A DNA stretch of 35,942 nucleotides from an uncultured Candidatus Saccharibacteria bacterium (GCA_964548875.1 CAZJSP010000003.1:1-35942), one strand, 5' to 3'. Shown: positions 1 to 9,377, counted from the stretch's first letter. Program-made: numbers and translations. The notes: generated by a model from the sequence alone, not told the origin.

Positions 1-43
1 ATTGTCAATCAAGCGGTTGCGCGTTCGAGTCTCGTCATCCGCG
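1..43 (+). tRNA. tRNA-Asp(GTC), 3' part only (truncated by window start)
   Basis: Anticodon loop with GTC at 4-6, T-arm GCGCG-TTCGAGT-CTCGT (one C:T mismatch), acceptor 3' strand CATCCGC and discriminator G43; no encoded CCA. Confidence 0.8.
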
Positions 44-47
44 CATT

Positions 48-77
48 AAAATCTGATTAAGTTCAGGTTTTTTGTTT
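48..77 (+). terminator. Intrinsic terminator after tRNA-Asp
   Basis: AAAATCTGA...TCAGGTTTT inverted repeat followed by a T-rich run. Confidence 0.6.
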
Positions 78-133
78 TGACTCTAGATAAAATTAGTGGG
101 GAAATATAAAACAATAACTAATTTAATTTTTAA

Positions 134-610
134 ATGAAAAATTGTACTTTTTGTAAAATTTATCAAGAGAAAAAAGGGATTATTTATGAAAATGATTATT
201 TCTTTGCTCAATTTGATAAATATCCTGTTTCTCCTGGCCATTCTGAAGTAATACCTAAAAGACATATTGCTTCTTTTTTTAATTTAAACAATAAAGGGTG
301 AAGTAAAATTAAATCAGCTATTTCTGCTGTAGTTGATAAGATTGAAACAAGTAATTTAAAAAAGGTTTATCAAGAATTTATTGATAAACCTTTAGATCAA
401 AAATCAATTATTTTTTGTAAAGACACTTTAAACCATGCGGGAATTGATAAAAAACCAGATGGTTATAATATTGGCATAAATGAGGGTAGGGCAGCAGGAA
501 GAACAATTGATCACTTACATATTCATATTATTCCAAGACTTTCTGGTGATGTTAAAAATTATATTGGAGGAGTAAGACACGTAATTCCCGGAAAAGGTAA
601 TTATAAATAA
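134..610 (+). pseudogene. HIT-family nucleotide hydrolase (158 codons) interrupted by one in-frame TGA at 299-301; not in the ORF track
   Basis: Manual translation: MKNCTFCK...DKYPVSPGH..IPKRH...NKG*SKIK...PDGYNIGINEGRAAGRTIDHLHIHIIPR...GGVR..IPGKGNYK. It has the CxxC and the histidine triad HxHxH, in a single frame throughout. Confidence 0.85.
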
Positions 611-940
611 TTATTTTTCTACGCTTTTTAAGAAAATTCTTTCTTTAAAGCCTCCTCTTTTCCTTCTTTTATCCTTCTGTTTTTGAATAATTTCTTTTTT
701 GTTTAAATTAAACGATTCAATCATTGCATCTATTATTTCGTAGATGTCGCTTATTTCATTTATTAATTCTTCTTTATTATCTTTAGCTTCAATTACTTCT
801 TTTGTTTCTTCTTCTAGTTTTTTTAGTAATGCTTTTTGAAACTCTTTTTTGTTTAATTTTTCAAAATCTCCTTTTTGATTATTCTTTTTAATAATTTGAG
901 GAATTTTGTCCCTTATTAATTTGTTATATATTTTTTTCAT
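611..940 (-). CDS. MazG-like / phosphoribosyl-ATP pyrophosphohydrolase-like NTP pyrophosphatase (109 aa; true start 940, not 1108)
   Basis: YNKLIRDKIP N-terminus, KLEEETKE...EISDIYEII acidic motif, KRGGF near the C-terminus. Confidence 0.85.
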   Translation of the reverse strand: MKKIYNKLIRDKIPQIIKKNNQKGDFEKLNKKEFQKALLKKLEEETKEVIEAKDNKEELINEISDIYEIIDAMIESFNLNKKEIIQKQKDKRRKRGGFKERIFLKSVEK

Positions 941-1029
941 TGTTTGTTTTTTTATTTTATAAAAAAATAGCATAAATCTCAATAATTTTTTGATTTGTGC
1001 TCTTAGGGCTTTGAATAAAAACTTTTTAT

Positions 1030-1229
1030 TTGGAAAAATTTTATTGCAAAAAATTCTCGATTTTCTTACAGATTCAGAAGAGATTTGGCTTAAAATAGCT
1101 ATATACAATGAAAAAGCAATAAATTTTTATCAAAAATTTGGCTTTCATATTGTTCCCGGTACTGAAGGTAAGCATAAAATAATTGAGAGAAAGTTTATTC
1201 CTACTGTTCAGATGAAAAGAAATCAGTAA
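1030..1229 (+). pseudogene. C-terminal remnant of a GNAT acetyltransferase
   Basis: GKILL...IWLKIAIYNEKAINFYQKFGF resembles the GNAT C-terminal N..A..FY.K.GF motif; the N-terminal half is missing. Confidence 0.6.
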
Positions 1230-1422
1230 AAAAATAATTTTTTCAATATCTGAGCATTGATTAACAAATTCAGAAAAAACATCAGATATGCCGAAACATT
1301 GTATTTAATTCAAAAAATATTTTTGTATCTCACAAAAAATTAATTATTTAACAATATTTCAGTTCTAACATTATTTACGATGTTTCAAATAGAAGGCAAG
1401 TTTCTAACCTTCTTGTTTTATC

Positions 1423-1450
1423 TTGACAAATAGCCATATAATATTATAAT
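1423..1450 (+). promoter_or_regulatory. Consensus sigma70 promoter
   Basis: TTGACA (1423-1428), 16-nt spacer, TATAAT (1445-1450). Confidence 0.7.
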
Positions 1451-1467
1451 AAAGAAGGTGATGAAAG

Positions 1468-1629
1468 ATGAAAAGATCAAGATCTTTAACAGCAATTACA
1501 ATAGTAATTTATTTTTTGATAGCAATAGCAACTACAGTTTATTCTTTAGATTTAGTATTTGCTGTAGGCTATCTAATTATAAATTTTCTACTATGTATCG
1601 GGGGATTCTTTGACTATCTTGTTATGTAA
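1468..1629 (+). CDS. 53-aa small membrane protein with two hydrophobic segments; not in the ORF track
   Basis: MKRSRSLTAITIVIYFLIAIATTVYSLDLVFAVGYLIINFLLCIGGFFDYLVM; AAGGTG RBS-like site 7 nt upstream; own promoter and terminator. Confidence 0.6.
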   Translation: MKRSRSLTAITIVIYFLIAIATTVYSLDLVFAVGYLIINFLLCIGGFFDYLVM

Positions 1630-1651
1630 ACAGTCAAAGACCCCTTTTTTT
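1600..1651 (+). terminator. Intrinsic terminator overlapping the small ORF 3' end
   Basis: GGGG-AT-TCTTTGACT...AGTCAAAGA-CCCC followed by T7; the stop codon lies in the loop. Confidence 0.7.
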
Positions 1652-1740
1652 ATTTAATTTTAAAAGGGTGGTGAAGTGGTAAAAAATTTTAAAAAAAACG
1701 ACAAAAAATAGTCTTTCTTAATTGTAAGTATTTTTAGATT

Positions 1741-1878
1741 TTATTCAGATTTTATTGCCTCTTTTTCTTCCTCTAGTTCTTTAATCTGTTTCTCCAAGTT
1801 ATTTATTTTAGTTTCTATCATTTTTATTCTAGTCTCTTTCTCTGCTGGTACTTCAATTTTTTTAATTTCTTCAGACAT
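1741..1878 (-). CDS. 45-aa acidic coiled-coil hypothetical protein; not in the ORF track
   Basis: MSEEIKKIEVPAEKETRIKMIETKINNLEKQIKELEEEKEAIKSE; heptad I/L periodicity and genome-typical codons. Confidence 0.55.
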   Translation of the reverse strand: MSEEIKKIEVPAEKETRIKMIETKINNLEKQIKELEEEKEAIKSE

Positions 1879-2017
1879 TTTATATTTACTTAAATTAATA
1901 AAAAGATCTTTCTAAATTATAAGGGCTATTTTTAACTATTGTAAACTTTTTTAATTTGGTTAAAATATTCATTCTTGTTAAAATGGAGATAGGATTTCAG
2001 GCTAATCAATAAAAATT

Positions 2018-2617
2018 ATGGATAAAAATCAAATTAAAAAATTAACTTCTTTTTTCTTTGAGGTCGGAACTTTAAGAAAAATACCAAGAAGTCATCAACA
2101 AGCCCTTTTAATGCAGGACTTATCTGATAATATTGCTTCTCATTCTTTTAGGGTGGCTTTAATTGGCTATTTTATGGCTGAAGAGCTAGAGGTTGATTCA
2201 GGAAGGGTGGTTAAAATGTGTCTTTTTCATGATTTGGAAGAAGCTAGAACAGGAGATCAAAACTGGATTCACAAGAATTATATTAAATCTTTTGAGGGAG
2301 AGGTTAGAGAAGACCAGGTAAAGAATTTAAATAATAAAGACGATTTTAAAAAAATATCTCGCGAATATGACGAAAGAGAGACGTTAGAATCAAAAATAGC
2401 AAAAGATGCTGATATCTTAGATCAAATGCTTCTATTAAAAGAATATGTAATGCAAGGCAATAGTGAAGCAAAAAGATGGTTAGATCGTGGGAATAAAGAG
2501 GGAGGACATGAAAATTGTTTACATACCGATTTGTCTAAAAAAATAGCCGAAGAAATTAAGAATCAGGAGCCCAGTTCTTGGTGGTCTGAAGTTTGGACTC
2601 CTCATAAAAGAAAATAA
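2018..2617 (+). CDS. HD-domain hydrolase (YfbR/HDDC2-like 5'-deoxynucleotidase family)
   Basis: LRKIPRS, IASHSFR, LFHDLEEARTGD, KDADILD motifs. Confidence 0.85.
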   Translation: MDKNQIKKLTSFFFEVGTLRKIPRSHQQALLMQDLSDNIASHSFRVALIGYFMAEELEVDSGRVVKMCLFHDLEEARTGDQNWIHKNYIKSFEGEVREDQVKNLNNKDDFKKISREYDERETLESKIAKDADILDQMLLLKEYVMQGNSEAKRWLDRGNKEGGHENCLHTDLSKKIAEEIKNQEPSSWWSEVWTPHKRK

Positions 2618-2620
2618 TTT

Positions 2621-3571
2621 ATGTTAATTGATCAAGTAAATATTACAGTTATAGCTGGAAGCGGAGGAGATGGGGCAGTTGGTTTTCGAAAGAAGGGTAA
2701 GGGTCCGACAGGAGGAAACGGAGGTAGGGGGGGAGATGTTTATTTAAAGGGGGTGAGAGATTTAGGAGCTCTTAGTCAGTTTAGATATAAGAAAAAAATC
2801 AAAGCGGAAGATGGTCAAGACGGAAGATCAGGATTTAGAGATGGAAAATCAGGTCAAGATATTTATTTAAATATTCCAGTTGGTACCATTGTCAGAAATA
2901 TAACAAGGCAAATTCAATATGAAATTATGGAAGAGGGGCAGACTATTCTTGTTGCTAAAGGAGGTAGAGGAGGTAAGGGAAATTTTATTTTAAGGTCTTC
3001 AAGAAACGTTACCCCTAAAACAGCTCAACCTGGAAGAAAAGGAAAAAGAAATGAGTTGGGGTTAGAACTAAAGTTTATTGCTGATGTTGGCTTAATTGGG
3101 CTACCTAATGCAGGCAAGTCTAGCCTTCTTAATGAGCTAACTAATGCTAAGAGTAAGGTTGCTAATTATGCGTTTACAACCTTAGAGCCTCATTTAGGAG
3201 TCTATAATAATATAATCTTAGCCGATATTCCTGGGCTGATTAAGGGAGCCTCTAAAGGTAAGGGTTTGGGAGCAAAATTTCTTCGCCATATTGAAAGAAC
3301 AAAGATTCTTTTTCATTTGGTGGCAGGAGATTCTGAAGATTTAATTAAAGACTACAAAACTATTAGAAGAGAATTAGAGAAACATAGTAAAAACCTGTTA
3401 GACAAAAAAGAAATTATTTTAATTGGTAAAAGTGATTTAATTAAAGAAAATGATTTTGGAAAAATTAGAAATAAGTTCAAAAATACTATTAAAAAAGAGG
3501 TTCTCTTTATTTCAATCTATGATTTTGATAGTATAGAAGAGATTAGGAGAATACTTGATGATTTAAAGTAA
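2621..3571 (+). CDS. obgE: GTPase ObgE/CgtA (short form, no C-terminal domain)
   Basis: Gly-rich Obg fold, GLPNAGKS P-loop, YAFTTLEP, DIPG, FLRHIERT. Confidence 0.95.
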   Translation: MLIDQVNITVIAGSGGDGAVGFRKKGKGPTGGNGGRGGDVYLKGVRDLGALSQFRYKKKIKAEDGQDGRSGFRDGKSGQDIYLNIPVGTIVRNITRQIQYEIMEEGQTILVAKGGRGGKGNFILRSSRNVTPKTAQPGRKGKRNELGLELKFIADVGLIGLPNAGKSSLLNELTNAKSKVANYAFTTLEPHLGVYNNIILADIPGLIKGASKGKGLGAKFLRHIERTKILFHLVAGDSEDLIKDYKTIRRELEKHSKNLLDKKEIILIGKSDLIKENDFGKIRNKFKNTIKKEVLFISIYDFDSIEEIRRILDDLK

Positions 3572-3645
3572 AATTATTGTTTAAAAAGCATCTTTTAATA
3601 GGTTTGCTTTTTATCTTAATTTAAGTTAAAATTAAGGGAGAAGAT

Positions 3646-4656
3646 ATGCTAAAAGACATTGAAAATAAAGCTAAAAAAGAATTAGAAAAATCAAAAAACC
3701 TTAAAGAACTTCAAGGGGTTTTTAAAGACTTTTTAGGTAAAAAAGGAGAGCTTTCTTTAGTTTTAAGGAATTTAAAAAACTTACCAGAAAAAGAAAGGGT
3801 AGAGCGGGGTAAAAAAGCCAATCAATTGAAAAAAAAGATTGAAAAAGAATTTGAAAAGAAAAAGAAAGTTTTAAGTCAAAAACCAAGTCAAAAAAGAGAA
3901 GAGTATTTTGATGTTACTATTCCAGGAGAAGAACCTGTTTTAGGACACTTACACCCAATTACTAAAACTACTAGAAGGATTATTGATATTTTTAAAAGAA
4001 TGGGGTTTGAAGTGGCTGATAGCCCTGAAATAGAAACAGAATGGTATAATTTTGATGCACTTAATGTTCCTCAAGATCATCCTGCTAGAGATAATTGGGA
4101 CACTTTTTGGGTTGATAGCAAAAAGAATTTACTTTTAAGGGCCCACACTTCACCTGGTCAAATTAGGTATATGGAAAACAACAATCCTCCCTTGAGGATT
4201 ATTAATCCGGGTAAAGCTTTTAGACACGAAGCAACAGATGCTTCGCATGAAATGCAATTTTATCAAGTTGAAGGGCTAATGATTGATCGAGAAACATCTG
4301 CTTCTCATTTTAAAGCAGTTTTAAAACATTTTTTTGAAAGATTTTTTAATACCAAAACTAATATTCGTTTAACTCCTGACTTTTTTCCTTTTACAGAACC
4401 TTCTTTTGAAGTAGCAATGAGTTGTCTTATTTGTGGCGGTAAGGGTTGTTCTGTTTGTAAACAAACTGGTTGGATAGAATTGGCTGGGGCTGGCATGGTT
4501 CATCCTAATGTTTTAAAGAATTGTAAAATAGATCATCGAGAATGGCAGGGGTGGGCTTTTGGTATGGGAATAGACAGATTAGCCATGATGCGACATAAAA
4601 TTGACGATATTCGTTTATTTCATTCTGGAGATTTAAGATTTTTAAAACAATTTTAA
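3646..4656 (+). CDS. pheS: Phenylalanine-tRNA ligase alpha subunit
   Basis: GHLHP, FDALNVPQDHPAR, HTSPGQ, FPFTEPS, CxxC..CxxC insert, AFGMGIDR. Confidence 0.97.
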   Translation: MLKDIENKAKKELEKSKNLKELQGVFKDFLGKKGELSLVLRNLKNLPEKERVERGKKANQLKKKIEKEFEKKKKVLSQKPSQKREEYFDVTIPGEEPVLGHLHPITKTTRRIIDIFKRMGFEVADSPEIETEWYNFDALNVPQDHPARDNWDTFWVDSKKNLLLRAHTSPGQIRYMENNNPPLRIINPGKAFRHEATDASHEMQFYQVEGLMIDRETSASHFKAVLKHFFERFFNTKTNIRLTPDFFPFTEPSFEVAMSCLICGGKGCSVCKQTGWIELAGAGMVHPNVLKNCKIDHREWQGWAFGMGIDRLAMMRHKIDDIRLFHSGDLRFLKQF

Positions 4657-4657
4657 T

Positions 4658-6700
4658 ATGATTTTTTCTTATAATTGGTTACAAGAATACGTTAAAGATA
4701 AGTTACCAAAGCCAAAAAAGTTGGCTGATCTTTTGAGTAAACATTCTTTTGAAGTTGAAGAAGTTAAAAAGAAGAATAGTGATTTTGTTTTAGATATTGA
4801 TGTCAGGCCTAATAGGGCAGGAGATTGTTTTTCTCATTTAGGAATAGCAAGAGAATGTTCCGCTATTATCGGTTCTAATTTTAAAATTCCAGAAATAAAA
4901 TTTAAAGAAGATAAAAAAAATAAAACGAAAGAATTAATTAATGTAAAAGTTCAAGAAAAAGAATGCTTGAGATATACGGCAAAAGTGATTACTGGGGTTA
5001 AGGTTAAAGCGTCCCCACAATGGCTCCAGAAAAAATTAAAAGTTTGTGGCTTAAAACCAATCAATAATATTGTTGATATTATGAATTATGTAATGCTTGA
5101 AACGGGACAACCAATGCATGCTTTTGATTTAGATAAAATTGAAGGAAAAGAAATTATTGTTAGGTTTGCTCAGAAAGGAGAAAAAATGTTTTCTTTGGAT
5201 AACAATGAGCTCAAATTAAATGAAAATATTTTAGTCATTGCTGACCAAAAAAAATCTGTTGCTGTTGCTGGTATTAAGGGAGGAAAAGGGCCTGGAGTTG
5301 ATCAAAATACTAGTCGAATAGTTTTAGAAGCTGCCAATTTTGACTCTAAAAAAATTCGTCAAGCTTCTCGGTTATTAAAATTAAGAACAGATGCTTCTTA
5401 TAGGTTTGAACATGGATTAGATTTAAATCTGACAGAAAAAGCTATTCAGAGGGCTTCTCAATTGGTTGAAGAAATTGCTCAAGGAAAAACCTCTTTAGGG
5501 GTTATAGATTACTATCCTGAAAAATCCTTACCAAAAATAATTAATTTTGATGCAAATAAAATCAAAAGACTGCTTAATATTGATGTTCCTAAAAAAGAAA
5601 TTAAAAGAATTTTAAAAACCCTTGGTTTTAAAATTTTAGAAGAGAAAAAGGCTAATATGAAGATAGAAGTTCCCACCTTTCGAATAGACGTTACGATCCA
5701 AGCAGATCTAATAGAAGAAATTGGTAGAATTTATGGTTATGATCAAATACCAACTATTTCTCCTCAAGGGACTCTTCTTACTCCAATAAAAAATTTAAAT
5801 ATTTTTTGGGAAAATTTTGTCAAAGATAGGTTAAAAGAAAGCGGATTTACTGAGGTTTATAATTATTCTTTTATTAGTAAAGAGGATTTTGATACTTTTA
5901 ATTTTGATTACAAAAAAATTTTTGAGTTAGAAAACCCTTTAAGTGAAAATTATCAATATTTATCTCCTAGTTTTATTCCTAATCTTTTAAAGAATGTTAA
6001 AGATAATTTTAGATATTATGATTATTTTAAAATTTTTGAACTAGGTAAGGTTTTTCAAAAATTTGAAAAGATAAAAGAAAAAAGATGTTTGACTGGATTA
6101 ATTGCTCATAAAGGAAAAGAGGAATCTTTTTATCGTATTAAAGGGGCGGTAAGTTCTTTATTAAGGGGTATGGGCCTATCAGACTTTTACTATGATAATT
6201 ATGAAATTAAGTTGAATAGCTGGAATGAAACAATTTGGGACTCTAATAAATTAGCCGAAATTAAAACAGGAGAAGAGTCAATTGGTTTAATCGGTTCTGT
6301 TTCCTCTAATCTTTTAAAATCTTTAGATATTAAAGGAAAAATTATTTTGTTTGATCTTGATTTTGAGACATTACAAAAATTAGCAACAGAGGAGCACGAA
6401 TATAATCCTATTTCTTCTTACCCTAGCGCAGTCAGAGATTTATCTATTATTGTTCCACAAAAAGTCAATACAGCTGAAATTTTAAATATTATTCATAGAA
6501 CAGGTAAGGAACTTATTAGAGATGTTGATTTGTTTGATATTTATCAAGGAGAAAACTTACCAGAAGGAGAAAAAAGTTTAGCTTTTCATATTGTTTATCA
6601 ATCTAAAAAGGAAACCTTATCTTCTCAAGAAATTAAAAAATTACATGAAAAAATTATTAAAAATTTAGAAAAAAATATTAATTGGAAAGTAAGAAAATAA
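4658..6700 (+). CDS. pheT: Phenylalanine-tRNA ligase beta subunit (lacks the B2 OB-fold)
   Basis: PNRAGDCFSHLGIARE, GQPMHAFD, RFEHG, DLIEEIGRIYGYD, C-terminal RDLS/DIYQG anticodon-binding domain. Confidence 0.96.
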   Translation: MIFSYNWLQEYVKDKLPKPKKLADLLSKHSFEVEEVKKKNSDFVLDIDVRPNRAGDCFSHLGIARECSAIIGSNFKIPEIKFKEDKKNKTKELINVKVQEKECLRYTAKVITGVKVKASPQWLQKKLKVCGLKPINNIVDIMNYVMLETGQPMHAFDLDKIEGKEIIVRFAQKGEKMFSLDNNELKLNENILVIADQKKSVAVAGIKGGKGPGVDQNTSRIVLEAANFDSKKIRQASRLLKLRTDASYRFEHGLDLNLTEKAIQRASQLVEEIAQGKTSLGVIDYYPEKSLPKIINFDANKIKRLLNIDVPKKEIKRILKTLGFKILEEKKANMKIEVPTFRIDVTIQADLIEEIGRIYGYDQIPTISPQGTLLTPIKNLNIFWENFVKDRLKESGFTEVYNYSFISKEDFDTFNFDYKKIFELENPLSENYQYLSPSFIPNLLKNVKDNFRYYDYFKIFELGKVFQKFEKIKEKRCLTGLIAHKGKEESFYRIKGAVSSLLRGMGLSDFYYDNYEIKLNSWNETIWDSNKLAEIKTGEESIGLIGSVSSNLLKSLDIKGKIILFDLDFETLQKLATEEHEYNPISSYPSAVRDLSIIVPQKVNTAEILNIIHRTGKELIRDVDLFDIYQGENLPEGEKSLAFHIVYQSKKETLSSQEIKKLHEKIIKNLEKNINWKVRK

Positions 6701-6702
6701 TT

Positions 6703-8616
6703 ATGGCAAAAAAGAAAAAATCAAATTATACGGCAAAAGACATTCAGGTTTTAAAAGGGTTAACTCCAATTAGAAAAAGGCCTGGAATGTATATAGGGTC
6801 AACAGGATCTCAAGGATTACATCATCTTATTGTTGAGGTTGTTGGAAACAGCATTGATGAGGCGATTATGGGTTATTGTGATGAGGTTAAGGTTTCTTTC
6901 TTACCGAAGAATAGGATCTTAATTGAGGATAATGGAAGAGGAATTCCGGTTGATAAACATTCTCAAACTAAAAAATCAGCTTTGGAGACCATTATGACCA
7001 CTCTTCATGCTGGAGGTAAGTTTGGGAGTAAGGCCTATGACTCAACAGGAGGATTACATGGTGTTGGAATTTCAGTAGTTTCGGCTTTATCAGAATATAT
7101 GCAGGTTACTGTTTGTCGTGATGGTTATAAATATACCCAAGAATATTCAAAAGGAAAAGCTACCAGTAAGCTGAAGAAGGTAGGGAAGTGCAAGGGAAGC
7201 GGAACAACTATTTTATTTGAGCCAGACCCTACAATATTCCGTAATTTAAAGTTTAATAAGAAAAAGATTATTAATTATTTACGTCAGCAAGCCTATTTAA
7301 CTAAGGGATTAAAAATTGTTTTTAAAGATGAAACAATAAAACCTACCTATGATTATGTTTTCTATTTCGAAGGGGGGATTGTCTCTTATCTAAAATATTT
7401 AATTGGTAGTAAGAAATTAGTTAATAAAGATGTTTTTTATTGCCATGATGGGGAAGAGGGAATTTTAGTTGAATGTGCTTTTATTTATACTGATGACTAC
7501 GAAACTTCTGAAAATACTTTTGTAAATAATATTTGTACTCATGAGGGAGGAACACATCTGACTGGCTTTAGAAGTGCCTTGACCAGAACCGTTAATGATT
7601 ATGCTAGAAGTAACGGGTTTTTAAAAGAAAAAGAACCTAATTTTAGCGGAAGAGATGTGAGGGAGGGATTAACTGCTATTGTTTCCGTTAAGGTTCCAGA
7701 ACCTCAGTTTGAAGGACAGACAAAAGGTAAGCTGGGTAATCCTGAAGCTAAAACAGCCGTAGAAAGAGTTGTTAATACAGCTTTGTTAGATTTTCTTGAG
7801 AGAAACCCTCAAAATGCTAAAAAAATTATTAGTAAATTTATTCTTACTCAGAAAGCAAGAAAAGCAGCTAAAGCAGCCAAAGACACTATTTTAAAGAAAA
7901 AATTATTAAAAGGGTTGGCTTTACCTGGAAAATTAGCTGGCTGTACTTCAAGAGAGCCAGAAAAATCAGAACTTTACATTGTAGAGGGTCAATCAGCTGG
8001 AGGCAGTTCTCGACAAGCTAGAGATCGTCATTTTCAAGCCATCCTTCCCTTAAGAGGAAAAATACTAAATGTAGAAAGAGCTCGTCTTGACCGAATCTTA
8101 AATTCAAAAGAAATTAAATCTTTAGTTATTGCTTTAGGGACAGCCATATCTGATGATTTTGATATTGAAAAATTAAGATATCATAAAATTATTATTATGT
8201 GTGATGCTGATTCTGATGGTAATCATATTAAGACCTTACTTCTAACTTTATTCTATCGTTACTTTAGGCCACTAATTGATAATGGCCACATTTATGTTGC
8301 CTGTCCTCCTCTTTATAAAATAAAAGCAGGTAAAAAAAGAATCTATGCCTTTACAGAAAAGGAAAAATTAGATATTTTAAAGAAACTAGGAGATGTTAAA
8401 AAATCTATTCAAAGATACAAGGGATTAGGTGAAATGAATCCAGGAGAACTTTGGAAAACAACAATGAATCCCGAAAATAGGAAATTATTAAAAGTAACAG
8501 TTGAAGAGGCTAGAGAAGCAGATAAGATTTTTGACACTTTAATGGGAAAGGAAGTCTCCTTAAGAAAAAAGTTTATTCAAAATTATGCAGAGAAGGTGCA
8601 GAACCTTGATGTTTAA
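6703..8616 (+). CDS. gyrB: Type IIA topoisomerase B subunit (GyrB, or a ParE-like paralog); start at ATG 6703
   Basis: RKRPGMYIG, DNGRGIP, LHAGGKF, GGLHGVG, FEGQTK, PLRGKILNV, DAD.DG, QRYKGLGEM. Confidence 0.88.
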   Translation: MAKKKKSNYTAKDIQVLKGLTPIRKRPGMYIGSTGSQGLHHLIVEVVGNSIDEAIMGYCDEVKVSFLPKNRILIEDNGRGIPVDKHSQTKKSALETIMTTLHAGGKFGSKAYDSTGGLHGVGISVVSALSEYMQVTVCRDGYKYTQEYSKGKATSKLKKVGKCKGSGTTILFEPDPTIFRNLKFNKKKIINYLRQQAYLTKGLKIVFKDETIKPTYDYVFYFEGGIVSYLKYLIGSKKLVNKDVFYCHDGEEGILVECAFIYTDDYETSENTFVNNICTHEGGTHLTGFRSALTRTVNDYARSNGFLKEKEPNFSGRDVREGLTAIVSVKVPEPQFEGQTKGKLGNPEAKTAVERVVNTALLDFLERNPQNAKKIISKFILTQKARKAAKAAKDTILKKKLLKGLALPGKLAGCTSREPEKSELYIVEGQSAGGSSRQARDRHFQAILPLRGKILNVERARLDRILNSKEIKSLVIALGTAISDDFDIEKLRYHKIIIMCDADSDGNHIKTLLLTLFYRYFRPLIDNGHIYVACPPLYKIKAGKKRIYAFTEKEKLDILKKLGDVKKSIQRYKGLGEMNPGELWKTTMNPENRKLLKVTVEEAREADKIFDTLMGKEVSLRKKFIQNYAEKVQNLDV

Positions 8617-8626
8617 TTAAATTATT

Positions 8627-8824
8627 ATGCAATCTAATAATGTTTTAGTAAAAATTGGAAGCTTCTTAAATGAAGTAAAGGTTGAAATGAAAAAAGTAGA
8701 ATGGCTAACAACAAAACAGACAATAAATAGTACTATTGTGGTTCTTGCTATTTCCTTGGTTGTCGCTACTTTTTTAGGTGGGCTTGATTATATTTTTAGT
8801 CAATTACTGAACTTATTTATTTAA
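8627..8824 (+). CDS. secE: Preprotein translocase subunit SecE
   Basis: EVKVEMKKVEW motif plus one TM helix; directly upstream of nusG. Confidence 0.93.
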   Translation: MQSNNVLVKIGSFLNEVKVEMKKVEWLTTKQTINSTIVVLAISLVVATFLGGLDYIFSQLLNLFI

Positions 8825-9370
8825 ATGAAAAAAGATACAAGAAAACAAGACAGGAATTGGTATGTTTTACATACCTATTCTGGTTACGAAGATTCGGTTG
8901 CTAAAAACCTTAAACAAAGAATCGAATCTTTAGAGATGGAAGACAAAATATTTGATGTGGTTGTTCCTAAAGAAAAAAAGATTAAAATTAAAAATGGTAA
9001 AAGAAAAGTTGTTGAGGAAAAAATATATCCAGGTTATGTTTTGGTTGAAATGATTGTTACTGAAGACTCCTGGTACGTTGTTAGAAACACCCCCAATGTA
9101 ACGGGCTTTGTTGGGTCGGGGACAACACCAGTTCCAGTTTCTCAGTCAGAAATCGATCATCTAAAAAAGAGGATGGAGGTTGAAGAGCCTAAACCTAAGA
9201 TTACAGTTAAGCCTGGAGAATTAGTAAAAATTACTGATGGTCCCTTTAAAGGTTTTGAAGGAAAGGTTTCAGAGGTAGATGAAGATCGAGAAAAAATTAA
9301 AGTATTAGTTAATATGTTTGGAAGAGACACCCCAGTCGAACTTGACTCTCTTCAAATTAAAAAATTTTAA
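8825..9370 (+). CDS. nusG: Transcription elongation factor NusG
   Basis: WYVLHTYSGYE, YPGYVLVEM, VTGFVG, KOW domain, FGRDTPVEL. Confidence 0.97.
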   Translation: MKKDTRKQDRNWYVLHTYSGYEDSVAKNLKQRIESLEMEDKIFDVVVPKEKKIKIKNGKRKVVEEKIYPGYVLVEMIVTEDSWYVVRNTPNVTGFVGSGTTPVPVSQSEIDHLKKRMEVEEPKPKITVKPGELVKITDGPFKGFEGKVSEVDEDREKIKVLVNMFGRDTPVELDSLQIKKF

Positions 9371-9377
9371 ATAAATT

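Noticed and set aside
19-35. C:T mismatch in the tRNA-Asp T-stem as evidence of a pseudo-tRNA or att remnant
   Set aside because: The 5' half lies outside the window, a single mismatch is tolerable, and no integrase or second copy is visible.
941-1108. Extended N-termini in the ORF track (MazG-like from 1108; also gyrB 6682, glyA 11666, gatB 12931, khpA 29544)
   Set aside because: Family motifs begin at downstream ATGs, and the extensions overlap other genes or leaders.
1245-1420. Scattered inverted repeats (ATATCTGA/TCAGATAT, GAAACATTGTA/TACGATGTTTC)
   Set aside because: They are short, imperfect and in very AT-rich sequence; no coherent element or target-site duplication is evident.
3572-3645. 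T-box or Phe leader upstream of pheS (a T-box was also sought before thrS)
   Set aside because: The gap is too short and has no T-box consensus or uORF; only a small hairpin and promoter-like boxes are present.
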